This document shows, piece by piece, positions 39,570 to 51,574 of a stretch of 64,000 nucleotides of DNA. The stretch lies in NCBI RefSeq assembly GCF_058153355.1, contig NZ_CM177019.1; one strand, 5' to 3'. The translations under genes were made by a program, and so were the position numbers. The first letter of the stretch is position 1, and each line of letters opens with the position of its first letter. Below the pieces are notes generated by a model that was not told where the DNA came from, did no database searches, and was given only the letters and a program-made list of their open reading frames with translations.

Positions 39570-40943
39570 TTAAATCACCCGTGAGAACTGCTGCATCCGC
39601 GCTTTCTGGCGCAGATAGGTATCAAAGCACATGCAAATGTTGCGGATCAGCAGGCGACCTTTCGCCGTTACCTGAATCCCCTTCTCATCCACATCCACCA
39701 GCCCATCTTTTGCTAACGGGGCAAGCAGCTTGAGATCTTCTGCAAAGTAGTCAGCGAAGAGCAAATCCCACTGTTGCTCAATAGGGGCGTAATCCAGACG
39801 GAAGTTGCAGATGAGCGACTTAATCACATCGCGGCGAATACAGTCATCACGCGTTAGCGCAATACCACGCCACAGCGCATTGCCTTGTTCATCCACTTGC
39901 TGATAGTACTGCTTCAACTCTTTCTGGTTCTGCGCGTAGCAGTCGCCAATCATGCTGATGGCGGAAACGCCCATCCCCAGCAGATCGGTATCGCCCTGAG
40001 TGGTGTAGCCCTGGAAGTTACGATGCAGCACGCCTTCACGCTGGGCCACCGCCAGCTCGTCATCCGGACGGGCAAAGTGATCCATACCGATAAACTGATA
40101 GCCCGATTGTGTCAGGAAGGCGATGGTTTCCTGCAGGATATCCAGTTTTTGCTGTGGACTCGGCAGGTCAGCATCTTTGATTTTTCGCTGAGCAGCAAAA
40201 ATGGTCGGCAGATGCGCATAGTTAAAGACGCTCAGACGATCGGGGTTCAGCTCCGCCACGCGTTTCAGGGTAAAAGCGAAACTCTCCGGCGTCTGTTTCG
40301 GCAGGCCGTAAATCAGGTCGATGTTGGTGGAGGTAAAGCCAATCTCACGCGCATGGTTAAGCAGTGCAAAGATGAACTCTTCATCCTGCTCGCGGTTAAC
40401 CAGACGTTGCACTTCTTTATTGAAGTCCTGCACGCCCATGCTCAGGCGATTAAAGCCTTCGGCGCGTAAATGATCGAGTACATCCAGTTCGATTTCCCGC
40501 GGATCGACTTCGATCGAAATCTCCGCATCGGCATTGAACTGGAAGTTTTCGCGCAGCAGCTTCATCAGGCGGCTGATTTGCGCTTTGTTCAGATACGTCG
40601 GCGTACCACCGCCCCAGTGCAATTGGCTGACGTGACGCCCGGCGAACAGCGGTGCACGATGGACGATTTCTTGCTCCAGTGCGTCCAGATACTGATCGGC
40701 CTTGTGCTGCTGGCGAGTAACAATCTTATTGCAACCGCAGAAGTAACAAAGCTTATGGCAGAACGGGATATGTACGTAGAGAGATAATGGACGCTCAGGA
40801 TAGCGCGCCACGGCTTGTAAAAACGCCTGTTCGCCGAAGTCTTCTGAAAACTCCAGCGCGGTTGGGTACGAGGTGTATCGTGGCCCGGAATAGTTATATT
40901 TCTGGATCAGGGCCAGATCCCAGTCGATTTGCTGTACAGACAT
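39570..40943 (-). CDS. hemN: Oxygen-independent coproporphyrinogen III oxidase (radical SAM)
   Basis: Track ORF 39570..40949; MSVQQIDWDLALIQKYNYSGPRYTSYPTA...; CxxxCxxC motif. Confidence 0.95.
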   Translation of the reverse strand: MSVQQIDWDLALIQKYNYSGPRYTSYPTALEFSEDFGEQAFLQAVARYPERPLSLYVHIPFCHKLCYFCGCNKIVTRQQHKADQYLDALEQEIVHRAPLFAGRHVSQLHWGGGTPTYLNKAQISRLMKLLRENFQFNADAEISIEVDPREIELDVLDHLRAEGFNRLSMGVQDFNKEVQRLVNREQDEEFIFALLNHAREIGFTSTNIDLIYGLPKQTPESFAFTLKRVAELNPDRLSVFNYAHLPTIFAAQRKIKDADLPSPQQKLDILQETIAFLTQSGYQFIGMDHFARPDDELAVAQREGVLHRNFQGYTTQGDTDLLGMGVSAISMIGDCYAQNQKELKQYYQQVDEQGNALWRGIALTRDDCIRRDVIKSLICNFRLDYAPIEQQWDLLFADYFAEDLKLLAPLAKDGLVDVDEKGIQVTAKGRLLIRNICMCFDTYLRQKARMQQFSRVI

Positions 40944-41131
40944 GCTCACTCCTTCCGATGGCGTCTCTGGCGGCTACGGCGTACCGGCGGATGCCCGTTT
41001 CGAGTCATCAGCCGGTTGCGCAGCCACTTTTGTCGCCGCGACAACCGCTGTAGTTTAACGAATAACCACACCAGATAACATATAACCGGAAGGGTTATCA
41101 GCAGAACGGGAAGGCCCACGGCGGCAATCCG

Positions 41132-41641
41132 TTAGTTGCCCCGCAGCAGACGCATCATGTCTTCTTGCTTCTCGTCTTCTTCCTCTTCTTCGTCATCGTC
41201 ATAAGAGAGGCCGAGTTTCTGCATCAACTCATCAATACGATCCAGTTTGGCATCCACCCAGGATTGCTCTTCGGCGCTCAGGGTTTCGCCTGCCTCCAGA
41301 CGTTCCAGCAGCGCATCCAGACGCTCATCCGTTTCCAGTAACTCCAACTCCGCCTGCGGTGAAAGCATAGGTTTCTCACTCTTCGGTTTGTGCTGTTTGG
41401 TGACTTTTTCAGTCACGCCCAATGGAATAGGGGTTTTACTGCCAATACGTGGATCTTTCGGTGCGTTCTGGCCTTTGCTGCCTGACGTGGTGTTACCGCC
41501 CGCTGCGCGGCTGCCCGGCGCATGACCACGACGTTTTTTCTGACGCTTGCGGTCACGAGCTTCCTGATCCAGCTCCTCGCGTGTTTTTCGACGCGCTTTT
41601 GCATGACCTTTGCTGCGTGAGTTTGAAGATGATGGTTTCAT
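41132..41641 (-). CDS. yihI: Der GTPase-activating protein YihI
   Basis: Track ORF extends to 41704; the ATG at 41641 ([19 protein letters not shown]...) matches the known N-terminus. Confidence 0.85.
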   Translation of the reverse strand: MKPSSSNSRSKGHAKARRKTREELDQEARDRKRQKKRRGHAPGSRAAGGNTTSGSKGQNAPKDPRIGSKTPIPLGVTEKVTKQHKPKSEKPMLSPQAELELLETDERLDALLERLEAGETLSAEEQSWVDAKLDRIDELMQKLGLSYDDDEEEEEDEKQEDMMRLLRGN

Positions 41642-41704
41642 AATGGTTCGTCTTTTAGCCGTTTTATTCAGTATAGATTTGCGGCGGAATCTAACAGAAA
41701 GCAA

Positions 41705-41952
41705 GCAAAGAAAAAAGGCGACAGATTACTCTGTCGCCTTTTTTCCTGACTCATAACCCTTAACGGGTCTTACAATCCTTGCAGGCCGCCAACACACCCT
41801 GTTTTTCCATTAGCCGGAACAATCCGTGTTGATTCCATTTCCGTTTAATTACGTCTCCGGACGTTTGTCTTCCTGACAATCCTCTGTCTTCGCCTCCTGG
41901 CGCTCCTGACCCTCATCCTGAGTCATTGTTCCTGTTAGCGTCCTCGCTCTAT
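41705..41952 (-). ncRNA. csrC: CsrC sRNA (CsrA-sequestering)
   Basis: Minus strand from 41952 reads ATAGAGCGAGGACGCTAACAGGAACAATGACTCAGGATGAGGGTCAGGAGCGCCAGGAGG... with multiple GGA motifs; terminator hairpin at 41711..41744. Confidence 0.85.
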
Positions 41953-42222
41953 GGGTGCTACTTTACGCCTTTGCTTTAAACAAACAATCAACCGCCATCA
42001 GTATTTGCACATTTTCAGAGTTTTATATAAAAGCAATTAACTGATTTATATAGCTTATTTGACATGCATCGCAGAATTTTCTCTGCTATTTCGCATAAAG
42101 ACTATCGGCAATGTCTCACAAAGCGTATGGCTTTTACTTACAACGCTCACGCCGAAAAATCCGCCTTTTATTATGGTTCAGGTATAATCGCCGCAAAGCT
42201 TTGACTGACGGAGACGACCGCT

Positions 42223-42855
42223 TTGACTAATTTGAATTATCAACAGACGCATTTTGTGATGAGTGCGCCTGATATTCGCCACCTACCTTCCGATACCGGA
42301 ATTGAAGTGGCTTTTGCAGGCCGTTCCAACGCAGGTAAATCCAGCGCGCTGAACACGCTGACTAACCAGAAAAGCCTGGCGCGGACCTCAAAAACCCCAG
42401 GGCGCACCCAGCTTATCAACCTGTTTGAAGTGGCTGACGGCAAGCGTCTGGTTGACCTGCCCGGCTATGGCTACGCGGAAGTCCCGGAAGAGATGAAGCG
42501 CAAATGGCAACGCGCGCTCGGCGAGTACCTCGAAAAACGTCAGAGCCTGCAAGGCCTGGTGGTACTCATGGATATTCGCCATCCGTTGAAAGACCTCGAT
42601 CAGCAGATGATTGAGTGGGCGGTAGACAGTAATATCGCCGTACTGGTGCTGCTGACCAAAGCGGACAAACTGGCAAGCGGCGCACGTAAAGCACAATTGA
42701 ATATGGTGCGTGAAGCAGTGCTGGCGTTTAACGGTGATGTGCAGGTTGAAACGTTCTCTTCGCTGAAGAAGCAAGGCGTGGACAAGCTGCGGCAGAAACT
42801 GGATACCTGGTTTAGCGAGATGCAGCCTGTAGAAGAAACGCAGGACGGCGAATAA
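42223..42855 (+). CDS. engB: Ribosome biogenesis GTP-binding protein EngB/YihA (TTG start)
   Basis: ORF track 210 aa, [24 protein letters not shown]...; [10 protein letters not shown]1 motif. Confidence 0.9.
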
Positions 42856-42980
42856 TTTTCTTGCCTTAATGCTTGTGCCGGATGTGGCGTATCCGGCCCG
42901 TAAATTCAATAGATTACACTTCTACCGTTGGCCTGATAATCAGTGCGCATCAGGCATTACAGATCTTTTCTTTCGCCCAA

Positions 42981-43089
42981 TAAAAAACGCCCCAGTCATT
43001 ACTGACTGGGGCGGCTAAAATATTCAGCCAAATCCGATTACGTGAAGTAAAAGGTCTGAAAGATAGAACATCTTACCTCTGTACCCTAC
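42981..43089 (-). ncRNA. spf: Spot 42 sRNA
   Basis: Minus strand reads GTAGGGTACAGAGGTAAGATGTTCTATCTTTCAGACC...GCCCCAGTCAGTAATGACTGGGGCGTTTTTTA, the canonical 109-nt Spot 42 with its terminator. Confidence 0.95.
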
Positions 43090-43236
43090 GCGACTAACTT
43101 TACTCTTTTTTGTTCAGTTCAGAAAGCATTTTTTGTAATTTTTTTTCAGTTGTTGCATAGGAATTTCTAATAGCCATCACAAAACGTGACAGCTTATGTT
43201 GCTTACTTACGAAAAAAGGGCATGTTCAGGCGAATC

Positions 43237-46023
43237 TTAGTGCGCCTGATCCCAGTTTTCGCCACTCCCCACTTCCACCAGCAACGGCACATCCAGACGG
43301 GTACAGTTTTCCATCAGTTGATGAATCTGTTTCGCGACGGCATCGACATCATCTTTATGAACTTCAAATACCAGTTCATCGTGTACCTGCATAATCATAC
43401 GCACACGCGGTTGCTCAGCTTGTAACCACGCATCAACGGCAATCATCGCTCGTTTGATAATGTCGGCGGCGGTTCCCTGCATTGGCGCGTTAATGGCTGC
43501 ACGTTCAGCCGCTGCACGACGAGCACCATTGCTGGATTTGATATCCGGCAGATACAGACGGCGTCCGTCCAGCGTTTCAACGTAGCCCTGTTCTTTCGCC
43601 TGCGCACGGGTGCGCTCCATATACTCCAGCACGCCTGGGTAGCGTTCGAAGTAAAGGTCCATGTACTTCTGCGCTTCTTTACGTGGAATGTTCAATTGTC
43701 GCGCCAGACCGAAAGCACTCATGCCATAAATCAGACCAAAGTTGATCGCTTTCGCGCTACGACGTTGCTCGCTGGTGACGGTTTCCAGTGGCAAACCAAA
43801 CACTTCTGCCGCCGTAGCCCGGTGGATATCTTTTCCTTCCGCGAATGCGGTCAGCAAGCCTTTGTCACGCGAGAGATGCGCCATAATGCGCAGTTCAATC
43901 TGCGAGTAGTCCGCCGAGACAATCACATAATCCTCTGGCGCAATAAACGCCTGGCGGATACGACGACCTTCTTCGTTACGCACCGGAATGTTTTGCAGGT
44001 TAGGATCGGTTGACGATAAACGTCCCGTTGCGGTTACTGCCTGGTGATAAGAGGTATGTACACGCCCGGTTTTCGGGTTGATCATCAGCGGCAGCTTGTC
44101 GGTGTAGGTCGATTTCAGCTTCGCCAGACCACGATACTCCAGAATCACTTTTGGCAACGGATAGTCCAGCGCCAGTTCTTCCAGTACCTCTTCCGACGTT
44201 GACGGCGCACCACCCGGCGTTTTCTTCAGCGGTTTAATGCCCTGTTTTTCAAACAGAATGGTTTGTAACTGCTTGGTGGAAGAAAGGTTAAATTCTTCAC
44301 CTGCAATTTCATGCGCTTTCTTTTCCAGCTCAGCCAGACGTAGAGTGAGCTCTTCAGAATGATTATGAAGCACTTTCGGATCGATCTTCACACCGTTACG
44401 TTCAATGCGTGAAAGCACCGGCACCAGCGGCATTTCGATGTTCTCGAAGACGTTCAACGGCCCTTTGTGTTTTTGCAGATCCGGCCACATTTTCAGATGC
44501 AGCTGCAAGGTGACATCGGCATCTTCGGCTGCGTAACGTCCGGCCTCTTCGAGGGCAATCTGGTTAAAGGTCAGTTGATTTTTGCCTTTACCGGCAATCT
44601 CTTCAAAAGTGATGGTTTTGTGCTTCAACCAACGTTCCGCGAGGCTGTCCATATCGTGACGCCCGGCAACGCTATTGAGAATGTAGGATTCAAGCATGGT
44701 ATCAAACGCAATCCCACGCAGCTCAATGCCGTAATTCGCCAGAATACCGCGATCGTATTTTAGGTTTTGCCCAACCTTCAGCGCCTTTTCATCTTCCAGC
44801 AGCGGTTTTAGCAACTCGAGTGCACGCCCGCGAGAGATTTGATCGGGCGCATCAAGATAATCATGAGCAACCGGAATATATGCCGCTACGCCTGGCTCGA
44901 TAGCAAAAGAAAGCCCGACCAGGTTGGCAGAGATGTTATCGAGGCTGTCGGTTTCGGTATCAAATGCAAATACCGGCGCTTTTTCCAGCTTCGCAATCCA
45001 CGCTTTCAGTATTTCTTCATCAAGGATGGTGACGTAGTTGTCATAAGAAATCACCGTTGCCGTCACTTCTGGCGCTTCGTCTGCAACACTGGTTTCCTGC
45101 GGCTTCGCGGCTGGTTTTTCCCCTTTAGCCTGTAACCATTTGCCCGCTTCGACATCAGCAGTCCAGCGTTTGAACTCATACTTTTTGAACAGCCCCAACA
45201 ACTCTTCCGCCGCCGGTTGCTGCACTTCCAGTTGTTCACAGGTCAGCTCCAGTTCAACGTCGGTTTTAATCGTCGCCAGCTGGTAAGAGAGATAAGCCAC
45301 TTCTTTGTTTTGCTCGAGCTTCGCTGCCATTGTTTTCGCGCCACGGAAGCTCAACCCAGCAATTTTTTCTGGCTCGGCATACAGCGTATCCAGTCCGCCA
45401 AGACCTTGCAGCAATGCCTGCGCGGTTTTTTCACCAACGCCCGGTACGCCAGGGATGTTATCGGAGGAGTCACCCATCAGCGCCAGGAAATCGATGATCA
45501 GTTCTGGCGGCACGCCGTACTTATTCACCACCTCTTCCGGTCCGAGGATGGTATTCGTCATGGTATTGATAAGCGTAATATTTGGCGTCACCAGCTGCGC
45601 CATATCTTTATCGCCAGTGCTGATCAGCACCGGACGCCCGGCTTTTTCGGCTTCGCGCGCCAGAGTACCGATAACGTCGTCCGCTTCTACGCCAGAAACC
45701 GCCAGCAGCGGCAGTCCCATCGCTTTGACCATCGCGTGCAGAGGTTCGATTTGTGCTCGCAGATCGTCCGGCATTGGCGGGCGATGTGATTTGTAATGTT
45801 CAAACAGTTCATCACGAAAGGTTTTTCCCTTGGCGTCAAAGACCACCGCTGCATGCGTCGGTTTATATTGCATGATTAGACTGCGCAGCATGTTGAGGAC
45901 ACCATACATCGCACCGGTCGGCTCGCCTGCGCTGTTAGTCAGCGGGGGAAACGCGTGATATGCGCGATAAAGATAAGATGAACCATCTACAAGGATAAGT
46001 GGATTTTGGGGGATCTGAACCAT
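43237..46023 (-). CDS. polA: DNA polymerase I
   Basis: ORF track 928 aa, [45 protein letters not shown]... Confidence 0.97.
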   Translation of the reverse strand: MVQIPQNPLILVDGSSYLYRAYHAFPPLTNSAGEPTGAMYGVLNMLRSLIMQYKPTHAAVVFDAKGKTFRDELFEHYKSHRPPMPDDLRAQIEPLHAMVKAMGLPLLAVSGVEADDVIGTLAREAEKAGRPVLISTGDKDMAQLVTPNITLINTMTNTILGPEEVVNKYGVPPELIIDFLALMGDSSDNIPGVPGVGEKTAQALLQGLGGLDTLYAEPEKIAGLSFRGAKTMAAKLEQNKEVAYLSYQLATIKTDVELELTCEQLEVQQPAAEELLGLFKKYEFKRWTADVEAGKWLQAKGEKPAAKPQETSVADEAPEVTATVISYDNYVTILDEEILKAWIAKLEKAPVFAFDTETDSLDNISANLVGLSFAIEPGVAAYIPVAHDYLDAPDQISRGRALELLKPLLEDEKALKVGQNLKYDRGILANYGIELRGIAFDTMLESYILNSVAGRHDMDSLAERWLKHKTITFEEIAGKGKNQLTFNQIALEEAGRYAAEDADVTLQLHLKMWPDLQKHKGPLNVFENIEMPLVPVLSRIERNGVKIDPKVLHNHSEELTLRLAELEKKAHEIAGEEFNLSSTKQLQTILFEKQGIKPLKKTPGGAPSTSEEVLEELALDYPLPKVILEYRGLAKLKSTYTDKLPLMINPKTGRVHTSYHQAVTATGRLSSTDPNLQNIPVRNEEGRRIRQAFIAPEDYVIVSADYSQIELRIMAHLSRDKGLLTAFAEGKDIHRATAAEVFGLPLETVTSEQRRSAKAINFGLIYGMSAFGLARQLNIPRKEAQKYMDLYFERYPGVLEYMERTRAQAKEQGYVETLDGRRLYLPDIKSSNGARRAAAERAAINAPMQGTAADIIKRAMIAVDAWLQAEQPRVRMIMQVHDELVFEVHKDDVDAVAKQIHQLMENCTRLDVPLLVEVGSGENWDQAH

Positions 46024-46145
46024 AATGTCCGTGCCTGTTTATCAGATTATGGGTAAAGGATGCCACAGACAGGATGAAAACATGAGTTTTTCACCGCTTT
46101 TCGTGAAAATCTTTTGTAGATCTTCTGGATCGCTCGCAAATCGTC

Positions 46146-46296
46146 ATGTGGATAACTTTGTGCATAAATTATTTACATCACTTTTAATTTATTATCATGC
46201 TTTTTACAGCATGATGTTTGTCTTTGCTTTTCATACAGTTAAATATAAAGCCATCCCTAATAATTGTGATAATGGGATTTTTTCTAATGTGGATAG
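46146..46296. promoter_or_regulatory. polA promoter region with DnaA boxes
   Basis: TGTGGATAA at 46146..46154 and TGTGGATAG at 46288..46296, reverse complements of the TTATCCACA consensus. Confidence 0.6.
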
Positions 46297-46386
46297 ATAT
46301 GAATTATTTTTCTCCTTAAGGATCATCCGTTATTTGGGGCGTTTTCTGCTAAAATCGGCGCCTTGCGCTTCTTTAGCGCACTGTCT

Positions 46387-47319
46387 ATGGCTAACCTTTT
46401 GAATAAATTCATTATGACGAGAATACTCGCTGCGATAACCCTTTTGCTGAGTATCGTATTGACCATTTTGGTCACTATTTTTTGCTCCGTCCCGATCATC
46501 ATTGCCGGGATTGTAAAACTATTGCTACCTGTGCCAGTCATTTGGCGAAAGGTTTCGCGTTTTTGTGATTTTATGATGTATTGCTGGTGTGAAAGTCTGG
46601 CGGTATTACTGCATCTGAACCCACACCTGCAATGGGAAGTTCACGGGCTGGAAGGGTTAAGTAAGAAGAACTGGTATCTGCTTATTTGTAACCACCGTAG
46701 TTGGGCAGATATTGTCGTACTGTGCGTGCTGTTTCGTAAGCACATTCCGATGAATAAATATTTCCTCAAGCAGCAGCTTGCCTGGGTGCCATTTCTTGGC
46801 CTGGCATGCTGGGCGCTGGATATGCCGTTTATGAAGCGTTATTCCCGCGCTTATTTATTACGTCATCCGGAACGACGTGGTAAAGATGTTGAAACCACCC
46901 GGCGTTCTTGTGAAAAGTTTCGCCTGCACCCCACCACCATTGTCAATTTCGTTGAAGGCTCCCGTTTCACGCAAGAAAAACATCAGCAAACCCACTCCAC
47001 TTTTCAAAACTTGTTGCCACCAAAGGCGGCAGGCATTGCGATGGCGCTAAATGTACTGGGTAAACAATTCGATAAACTGCTTAATGTTACGCTGTGTTAT
47101 CCGGACAATAACCGTCAGCCGTTCTTCGATATGTTAAGCGGTAAACTGACGCGAATTGTCGTACATGTGGATTTGCAGCCTATTTCCGATGAGTTACATG
47201 GCGACTACATCAATGACAAAAGCTTTAAGCGCCATTTTCAGCAATGGCTGAACTCACTGTGGCAGGAAAAAGACCGGCTTCTGACGTCGTTGATGTCATC
47301 ACAGCGGCAGGACAAGTAA
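46387..47319 (+). CDS. yihG: Acyltransferase-family inner-membrane protein YihG
   Basis: Track ORF 46363..47319; [22 protein letters not shown]...; start chosen by recall of the roughly 310-aa K-12 protein. Confidence 0.8.
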   Translation: MANLLNKFIMTRILAAITLLLSIVLTILVTIFCSVPIIIAGIVKLLLPVPVIWRKVSRFCDFMMYCWCESLAVLLHLNPHLQWEVHGLEGLSKKNWYLLICNHRSWADIVVLCVLFRKHIPMNKYFLKQQLAWVPFLGLACWALDMPFMKRYSRAYLLRHPERRGKDVETTRRSCEKFRLHPTTIVNFVEGSRFTQEKHQQTHSTFQNLLPPKAAGIAMALNVLGKQFDKLLNVTLCYPDNNRQPFFDMLSGKLTRIVVHVDLQPISDELHGDYINDKSFKRHFQQWLNSLWQEKDRLLTSLMSSQRQDK

Positions 47320-47359
47320 ATTTTGCTCGCCTCTGAATGAGCAGAGGCGAGTGAGTATT

Positions 47360-48790
47360 TTAATGAACAAAACGTCCGGCACGAGACATAAATTCTTCTT
47401 CGCTCATCTCCTGTCCGTTAAAAACAACTTTACCCGGTGTATAACGCAGTTGCAGCGAGGCGGTATTGTTGTCAATCGTGATTAACTGAAACATCTGACC
47501 TAATGTCATCATCCCGCTGATTTGTTTATCAGCCTGCTTTTGCGCTTTTTCCGCATCCATGCCTTCAGATAAATTAAGCTGTTTTGCGGTTTCTGTGACA
47601 ACATTAAGCGGTAACTTCACGTCAAAATTGAGCGATTTAATATCTTTGTTTGTGGATGATGAAGATTTGGCTGGGTCGGCAATACTGATATCCAGATTGG
47701 CATTTAGTTCGCCGAGTGCGTTCTTCCATCTTACCGGTTGTTTAATGGTCGGCTCACTTTTTTGTAATAACGGTAAATACTCTTTGAACAATGCAGCATT
47801 CACTTCTTGCAGAGCAACTTCATCGTTTGCTAACTCAGGGTGTGCAGCAAGCTGCTTCTGCATCGCAATGTTATACTGAATGATAAATTGGCGCACCGCT
47901 GAGGGATCAATAGATTCCGCAATCAAGGACCACTCACCACTACCGAGTTGCTGATTCCCTTTTGTTAACTTATCAAGTTCGTAGGTCAGATTGACATTGA
48001 TATAATCTTTGTCTTTAACGCGATCCAGCCTGGTTTTTGCAACGAAAGCATCGATTTGGGCAACGTCTTCTCCCTGATTGATAATGTTAATCTTGTTAAA
48101 TTTCGACTCGCTTTCGCCAACCGGAAATTTCTTTTCTTCTAATCGCGTCAGAGAATCAATGGTAAAACTTTTCGCTGTTACTTTGTTCAATGGCGATAAT
48201 TCCAGAACAAGATCTTCGACTTTGCCTTCAATATCCAGATTAAACAATGAACTACCATCACCATTAAAAGTAAACTGGCCTTCACCAAAAGAAAAATTTC
48301 CATATTTTGCAGGGGCAACATCTAATGTCGTGGAGAATGAGCCACCAAACGCGAATCGCAATGTCGCTTCCACGGGCGATTTATTTTTTGCGGCGATAAA
48401 TAGCGGTTGTGTCAGTTCATTATTCACTAAGTTCACTTTTGCCGCTGCCAGTACGGGGATGACATTACCACGCATTAACATTGTGATGGGCAACGGACCG
48501 TGCTCAACATCCACATCAAATGCAACTTTCTGGCCTGGCTTGATATTGAGATCGGGTGCACCGTTATCAAATGTCATTTGCATTTGAAAATGAGAATTAA
48601 AAAAGCCTTTGTCAAAGTTTTTATAACTTAACGTCATATCGTAGGCATGTTCACCTTTCTTTTTAGCATCGTTAAAATCTTTAATAAACTTTTCGACACC
48701 AGGCTGAATTTGCGTACCTGTGTACCATGTGCCACCACCCCAGATTACGGCTAACGCAACAATAACACCTGTAGCTGACTTACGTATCAT
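47360..48790 (-). CDS. yihF: DUF945-family protein YihF
   Basis: Track ORF 47360..48832; N-terminal signal/TM segment MIRKSATGVIVALAVIWGGGTWY. Confidence 0.8.
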   Translation of the reverse strand: MIRKSATGVIVALAVIWGGGTWYTGTQIQPGVEKFIKDFNDAKKKGEHAYDMTLSYKNFDKGFFNSHFQMQMTFDNGAPDLNIKPGQKVAFDVDVEHGPLPITMLMRGNVIPVLAAAKVNLVNNELTQPLFIAAKNKSPVEATLRFAFGGSFSTTLDVAPAKYGNFSFGEGQFTFNGDGSSLFNLDIEGKVEDLVLELSPLNKVTAKSFTIDSLTRLEEKKFPVGESESKFNKINIINQGEDVAQIDAFVAKTRLDRVKDKDYINVNLTYELDKLTKGNQQLGSGEWSLIAESIDPSAVRQFIIQYNIAMQKQLAAHPELANDEVALQEVNAALFKEYLPLLQKSEPTIKQPVRWKNALGELNANLDISIADPAKSSSSTNKDIKSLNFDVKLPLNVVTETAKQLNLSEGMDAEKAQKQADKQISGMMTLGQMFQLITIDNNTASLQLRYTPGKVVFNGQEMSEEEFMSRAGRFVH

Positions 48791-48944
48791 ATAAATATTC
48801 CCTGATAAAACAGCAAAACTTTGAATATCCACTTATGCTGAAATAATGTCCAGCGGCAGGACGCATTATCAGAATGTATTTATATTTATTAAATAATAAA
48901 AAAAGCCCGTGAATATTCACGGGCTTTATGTAATTTACATTGAA

Positions 48945-49571
48945 TTATTTTTTCTCGGACAGATATTTCACAGTATCAGCATACTGCTGAACAAAAACAT
49001 CCATATTGCTGGTATCCATACCCTGCGGATTCAGCTGATATTTACCGTTAACAAACATCGCCGGAACGCCACGCAATTGCACGTCAGCTGCAGCTTTTTC
49101 CTGCTGAGCGACCAGGGATTTCACCACGAAGCTGTTCCACGCCGCGTCGTACTCTTCACCTTTAATACCTGCGTTGATAAATACATCGCGGATATCAGAT
49201 GCTGAACGAATGGTCTGGGTTTTCTGTACGCCTTCAAACAGCGGAACAGTGACTTTGTCTTCCACGCCCAGTGCCATCGCCACTGCCCATGCCTGAGTCA
49301 GATCTTTGCCCAGGTCACCCCCCATGAAGTTGACGTGGTATTTAGTCATCTTCACGCCTTCCGGCAGTTTTTTCTTCACGTTATCAGAAATATGCAGAAC
49401 TTCTTCAAACTGATAGCAGTGCGGGCAGAAGAAAGAGAAAAACTCCAGCACTTGCGGCGCGCCAGCTACCGGTTTTTCCAGGGTAGTGTACTGTTTACCA
49501 TCTTCATACTGCGCCGCCGATGCGCTAAACGCTAAAACTAAACCAGCCAGCGCCAGCCAAATCTTTTTCAT
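48945..49571 (-). CDS. dsbA: Periplasmic thiol:disulfide oxidoreductase DsbA
   Basis: ORF track 208 aa with CPHC active site. Confidence 0.95.
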
Positions 49572-49587
49572 GATCTACTCTCTCCGA

Positions 49588-50574
49588 TTAATACATAGGT
49601 GTTAATTGCAAAGGGGGTTCTTGTAGAACTTTTGCCTGTTCTATAAAAGTCGCCGTCTGTCGCAGCCAGTAATCTTCCCCGGTTAACCACGGGAAATTTT
49701 TCGGGAACGCGGGATCAGCCCAACGCCGCATTAGCCAGGCAAGATAATAAACCAAACGCATGGCGCGTAAAGGTTCAATCAGTCCGATTTCAGCGGTGTC
49801 GAACTCGCTAAATTCTTCATAAGCCTCAATAATAGTTTCCAGTTGCATCCGCTGCTCGGCTTTATCGCCATTGAGCAACATCCACAAATCCTGAATAGCC
49901 GGACCATTACGTGCATCATCCAGATCAACAAACATTGGACCATCGCGCCAGAGGATATTCCCGGCGTGGCAGTCTCCATGTAGCCGCAGAACGGTGAAAT
50001 CTTCCCGCCAATGTGCTGTAACGGCGGCGATCAGCTCATCTGTCGCTTTCAGGAATGCCGCTTTCAACCCGGAAGGTATCAGTGTAGCGTCCTCAAACAG
50101 CTTGCGTGGCTCAATGAGATATTCATTCAGACCGATGGTCGGGCGATGGATAAAAAGCTGTTTGCGCCCCGTCTGGTGCATACGCCCTAAATAACGCCCA
50201 ACAGCTTCCATCTGATCGATATTATCAGCTTCGAACTGGCGACCACCGACGCTTGGAAAAACAGCGAAATAAAATCCCTGATGATTCAATAAAGTCTGAC
50301 CGTTAAAGGCCACAGGCGCTGCGACCGGAACTTCATCGTTAACCAGCTGCAACGCAAATTGATGTTCTTCGAGGATTTGATCGGCTGTCCAACGTTCAGG
50401 GCGATAAAATTTGACGACAAAACGTCGACGATCTTCGTCCTGAAATTGATAGACACGGTTTTCATAGCTGTTAAGCGGGGTAAGACCGGAATCCACCCGG
50501 ATCCCATGCTCAAACAGAGCGTCCATGATGGTATCCGGGTGTAGTGTCTGGAAAGTAAAAGCGCTGTTGTTCAT
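49588..50574 (-). CDS. srkA: Stress-response Ser/Thr kinase SrkA (YihE)
   Basis: ORF track 328 aa; synteny upstream of dsbA. Confidence 0.9.
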   Translation of the reverse strand: MNNSAFTFQTLHPDTIMDALFEHGIRVDSGLTPLNSYENRVYQFQDEDRRRFVVKFYRPERWTADQILEEHQFALQLVNDEVPVAAPVAFNGQTLLNHQGFYFAVFPSVGGRQFEADNIDQMEAVGRYLGRMHQTGRKQLFIHRPTIGLNEYLIEPRKLFEDATLIPSGLKAAFLKATDELIAAVTAHWREDFTVLRLHGDCHAGNILWRDGPMFVDLDDARNGPAIQDLWMLLNGDKAEQRMQLETIIEAYEEFSEFDTAEIGLIEPLRAMRLVYYLAWLMRRWADPAFPKNFPWLTGEDYWLRQTATFIEQAKVLQEPPLQLTPMY

Positions 50575-50650
50575 CCCATCATCCGGAAAACATTACGAAT
50601 GATGAAGGATATCATTTCACGATGATTTTGGTGGCACCGCTTACAAGCTT

Positions 50651-50920
50651 TTACTCTTTAATTACGCCGCGAGCGCGTAACAGCGCCGTTTTGAAATCTT
50701 CTTCATAATCTTTCTGCAAACCCGGGATCACCGCATCTTTCGCGGAATCACGCATTTTCAGGTGATAGATCAGAATGTCATCCGTCAAATCCGCCAGTTC
50801 GCCGTCAAAACCTGACTCTTTCGCCAGTTTCTGCAAAAATTGCAGCAGGTTAAGGTCTGGCTCTTTTTGCCAGGCTGGCTGGAGGAGTTCAATAACTTCA
50901 TTCAGACGTTTACATTTCAT
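50651..50920 (-). CDS. yihD: YihD (DUF1040) protein
   Basis: Track ORF 99 aa; internal start [23 protein letters not shown] gives 89 aa. Confidence 0.8.
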
Positions 50921-50989
50921 AGTAATGCTCCTTACTCTTGAGACAGACACGTTAGCAGGGTCAATCCCACAATAAAAGAGGCGATATCG

Positions 50990-51574
50990 GTGAATCTGAT
51001 GACGACGATAACAGGCGTTGTGCTGGCGGGCGGTAAAGCCAGACGAATGGGCGGCGTAGATAAAGGATTGCTTGAATTAAACGGCAAACCATTATGGCAA
51101 CATGTCGCTGACGCGCTTATGACGCAGCTCTCTCACGTCATGGTTAATGCTAATCGTCATCAGGAAATCTATCAGGCAAGCGGTCTGAAAGTGATTGAAG
51201 ATACACTGGCGGATTACCCAGGCCCTCTGGCAGGAATGCTTTCAGTAATGCAGCAGGAAGCGGGGGAGTGGTTTTTGTTTTGCCCATGCGATACGCCTTA
51301 CATTCCCCCTGATTTAGCTGCCCGGCTTAATCATCAGCGCAAAGATGCGCCTGTCGTGTGGGTCCACGACGGTGAACGCGATCACCCGACTATTGCTCTG
51401 GTAAACCGCGCAATTGAGCCTTTATTACTGGAATATCTGCAAGCAGGAGAACGCCGGGTAATGGCATTTATGCGTCTGGCTGGCGGTCACGCGGTCGATT
51501 TCAGCGATCATAAAGATGCATTTGTAAACGTGAATACGCCAGAGGAGCTTGCCCGATGGCAGGAAAAACGATGA
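50990..51574 (+). CDS. mobA: Molybdenum cofactor guanylyltransferase MobA
   Basis: ORF track 194 aa, [22 protein letters not shown]... Confidence 0.95.

Noticed and set aside
45217-45796. Plus-strand ORFs of 190 aa and 163 aa
   Set aside because: Antisense to polA.
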